NCBI RefSeq assembly: GCF_964204645.1
Contig: NC_134036.1
Coordinates: forward strand, 6,292,600 to 6,356,599
Length of the DNA stretch: 64,000 nt
Direction: 5' to 3'
Origin: Tubulanus polymorphus
Lineage: Eukaryota > Animalia > Nemertea
The position numbers and the translations under genes are program-made. The notes beneath the pieces are model-generated. The model saw only the letters and a list, made by a program, of their open reading frames with translations. It was not told the DNA's origin and did no database searches. Shown here piece by piece: positions 62,342 through 64,000 of the stretch; the stretch's first letter is position 1, and every line of letters begins with the position of its first letter.

Positions 62342-64000
62342 TTATATGATTTATGATATGATATGATTTATTTGCATAAAAGATTGTTACAGAGTTTACA
62401 AATGAATACACAATATATGGAAAACAATGTACCAATAAATTATGCGAGGAATTAGGAGAAGCCAAAGTTGGCTTAATCTAGTCCTAATCCCTCGTCCATA
62501 CACTCTCACATACACACAGACATATACACCAATTCACATTCATTCCTAGTTTACCAAACAAACCAAATATACATAATATACATAGACAATTGCAGATAAA
62601 GTAATGTGGCACGTTATAAAAGATTACACAGATAATTAATAAGTGTAACGAAGATAACGCTGAAGCTGAATTTTGAAGTTGGATATCGAGTCTAGATATT
62701 TCAATTTCTCTGGTAAACTATTCCAGAATTTCGCTCCTTGAATTTTCATAGATGTATACTTGTATTTAGATTTAGCAAATTCTATTGATAAGGCCATAGG
62801 CCTGCGACTAGAACGAAGATTTTGGGTGTTCCTGAGAATGAAAAAATCTTTGAAAATAGTCGGTAATAAAAGGTTGATACTTAAGAAGGCAAGCGATCCA
62901 ATTTGATGTCTGTAAATGTCATCCAGTTTAAGAATTTCTAATTTCCTGAAAATCGGGGATGTATGTTCAAGCCAATCTGAACGAGTGATTATCCGAAGGG
63001 CTTTTTTCTGAAGGATGTATAATGGTTGCAAATAAATTTTACAGGCATTTCCCCAAATAAGATTGGCATAATGTAGGTGTGAGTGAACGAAACAATAGTA
63101 GAGATTTTTTAGAATATCTGAAGGTAAAATGTACTTTAATCTATTGATTATACCAATTCCACGAGATACTTTTTTACACGTAAAAGATATATGCTCCTTC
63201 CAGGTTAAATTGTGATCAAATATAACACCTAGAAACTTTGTAGAATCAACACGTTTGATAATTTGGTCATCCAGACGAATGGTGAGTTTAATATGGTCTT
63301 TATTACCAAAAATGATATACTGGGTTTTTCCTACATTTACAGACAATCTATTAGCCCGAAACCATTGCAAGAGATTAGCCAACTCTGAATTCAAGGTGTA
63401 TTCGACAAATTTTGGATCATGATGGCTGTAGAAAAAGTTGCTATCATCAGCAAAAAGAATTGACTCTAATGCTTTACAGGAGGAAGGGCAGTCGTTGATA
63501 TAAATCAAAAATAATAGCGGCCCTAGGATAGAGCCTTGAGGGACACCAGAATTAATGTCGAGAGTTGAGGATAAACAGTTATTGAACTTCACTGCTTGTT
63601 TTCTATTAGTTAGATAATTTTGGAACCAGAGATATGGTATGCCACGTATACCGTAATGTTCTAATTTTGAATTTAGGATTTTGTGATTAATTGTGTCAAA
63701 TGCTTTTGATAAGTCTATGAAAACACCAGCGGTTATTAAACCATTATCTAGAGAGTTTGCTATTTTATCAGTAATGTACGTTAATGCAGAGGAAGTTGAG
63801 TACTTTTTTCTAAAACCAAACTGCCGGTCATTTAAGATTTTATATTTGTCAAGAAATTTTATCAACCGATTGTAAACAAGTTTTTCCAACACCTTTGAAA
63901 TTGAAGGTAGAACAGAAATAGGGCGATAGTTACTAAAAGAAGACTTATCACCCATTTTGTAAATAGGGGTTATGTAAGCGATTTTGAAAATATTGGGAAC
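62342..64000 (-). mobile_element. L2/Crack/CR1-group LINE, 3' portion with 3' UTR and tail
   Basis: RT ORF, then a 3' UTR with stem-loop GAGGGATTAGGA...AAGCCAACTTTGGCTT.TCCTAATTCCTC and the tail GCAAATAAATCATATCATATCATAAATCATA on the minus strand. Confidence 0.85.
62636..64000 (-). CDS. Non-LTR retrotransposon ORF2, reverse-transcriptase domain (5' part outside window)
   Basis: Motifs YRPISVL, QFGFR, FIDLSKAFD, GVPQGSILGPLLF, LFADD, KFLGV, WNSLP. The frame is open to the window edge (VPNIFKIAYITPIYK-MGDK). Confidence 0.95.
   Translation of the reverse strand, partial: VPNIFKIAYITPIYKMGDKSSFSNYRPISVLPSISKVLEKLVYNRLIKFLDKYKILNDRQFGFRKKYSTSSALTYITDKIANSLDNGLITAGVFIDLSKAFDTINHKILNSKLEHYGIRGIPYLWFQNYLTNRKQAVKFNNCLSSTLDINSGVPQGSILGPLLFLIYINDCPSSCKALESILFADDSNFFYSHHDPKFVEYTLNSELANLLQWFRANRLSVNVGKTQYIIFGNKDHIKLTIRLDDQIIKRVDSTKFLGVIFDHNLTWKEHISFTCKKVSRGIGIINRLKYILPSDILKNLYYCFVHSHLHYANLIWGNACKIYLQPLYILQKKALRIITRSDWLEHTSPIFRKLEILKLDDIYRHQIGSLAFLSINLLLPTIFKDFFILRNTQNLRSSRRPMALSIEFAKSKYKYTSMKIQGAKFWNSLPEKLKYLDSISNFKIQLQRYLRYTY

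Overview
AT-rich, repeat-dense eukaryotic DNA with GT-AG introns. It is probably from a lophotrochozoan invertebrate (inferred from a GRL101-like GPCR and the repeat style; species not determinable). Main contents: (1) A cluster of three small spliced genes on the + strand, missed by the ORF track, encoding secreted 6-Cys inhibitor-cystine-knot (knottin, toxin-like) peptides with spacing C-x6-C-x5-CC-x3-C-x4-C. Their CDSs are at 2537-3214, 28035-28641/29060 (two alternative duplicated terminal exons) and 35884-36419. (2) A 20.7-kb foldback-type palindromic element (4771-25461) sitting between knottin genes 1 and 2. It has ~8.4 kb and ~11 kb inverted arms, a 1.2-kb spacer, CAC...GTG termini, an apparent 4-bp ACGT target-site duplication, internal 44-bp and 51-bp tandem arrays and SINE-like cargo, and no recognisable transposase. 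(3) A ~5.4-kb tandem duplication carrying an intact coiled-coil/beta-propeller gene (41546-43721, -) and a disrupted paralogue (46235-48189, -), each next to a long-TIR MITE. (4) A ~1,950-codon CUB/C-type-lectin/LDLa/LRR GRL101-like GPCR gene (54423-60727, -) with one frameshift and one in-frame TGA at a conserved Cys. (5) The 3' part of an L2/CR1-group LINE running off the right edge, plus several MITEs and microsatellites. All alignments and identity values were read by eye; no database searches were run.
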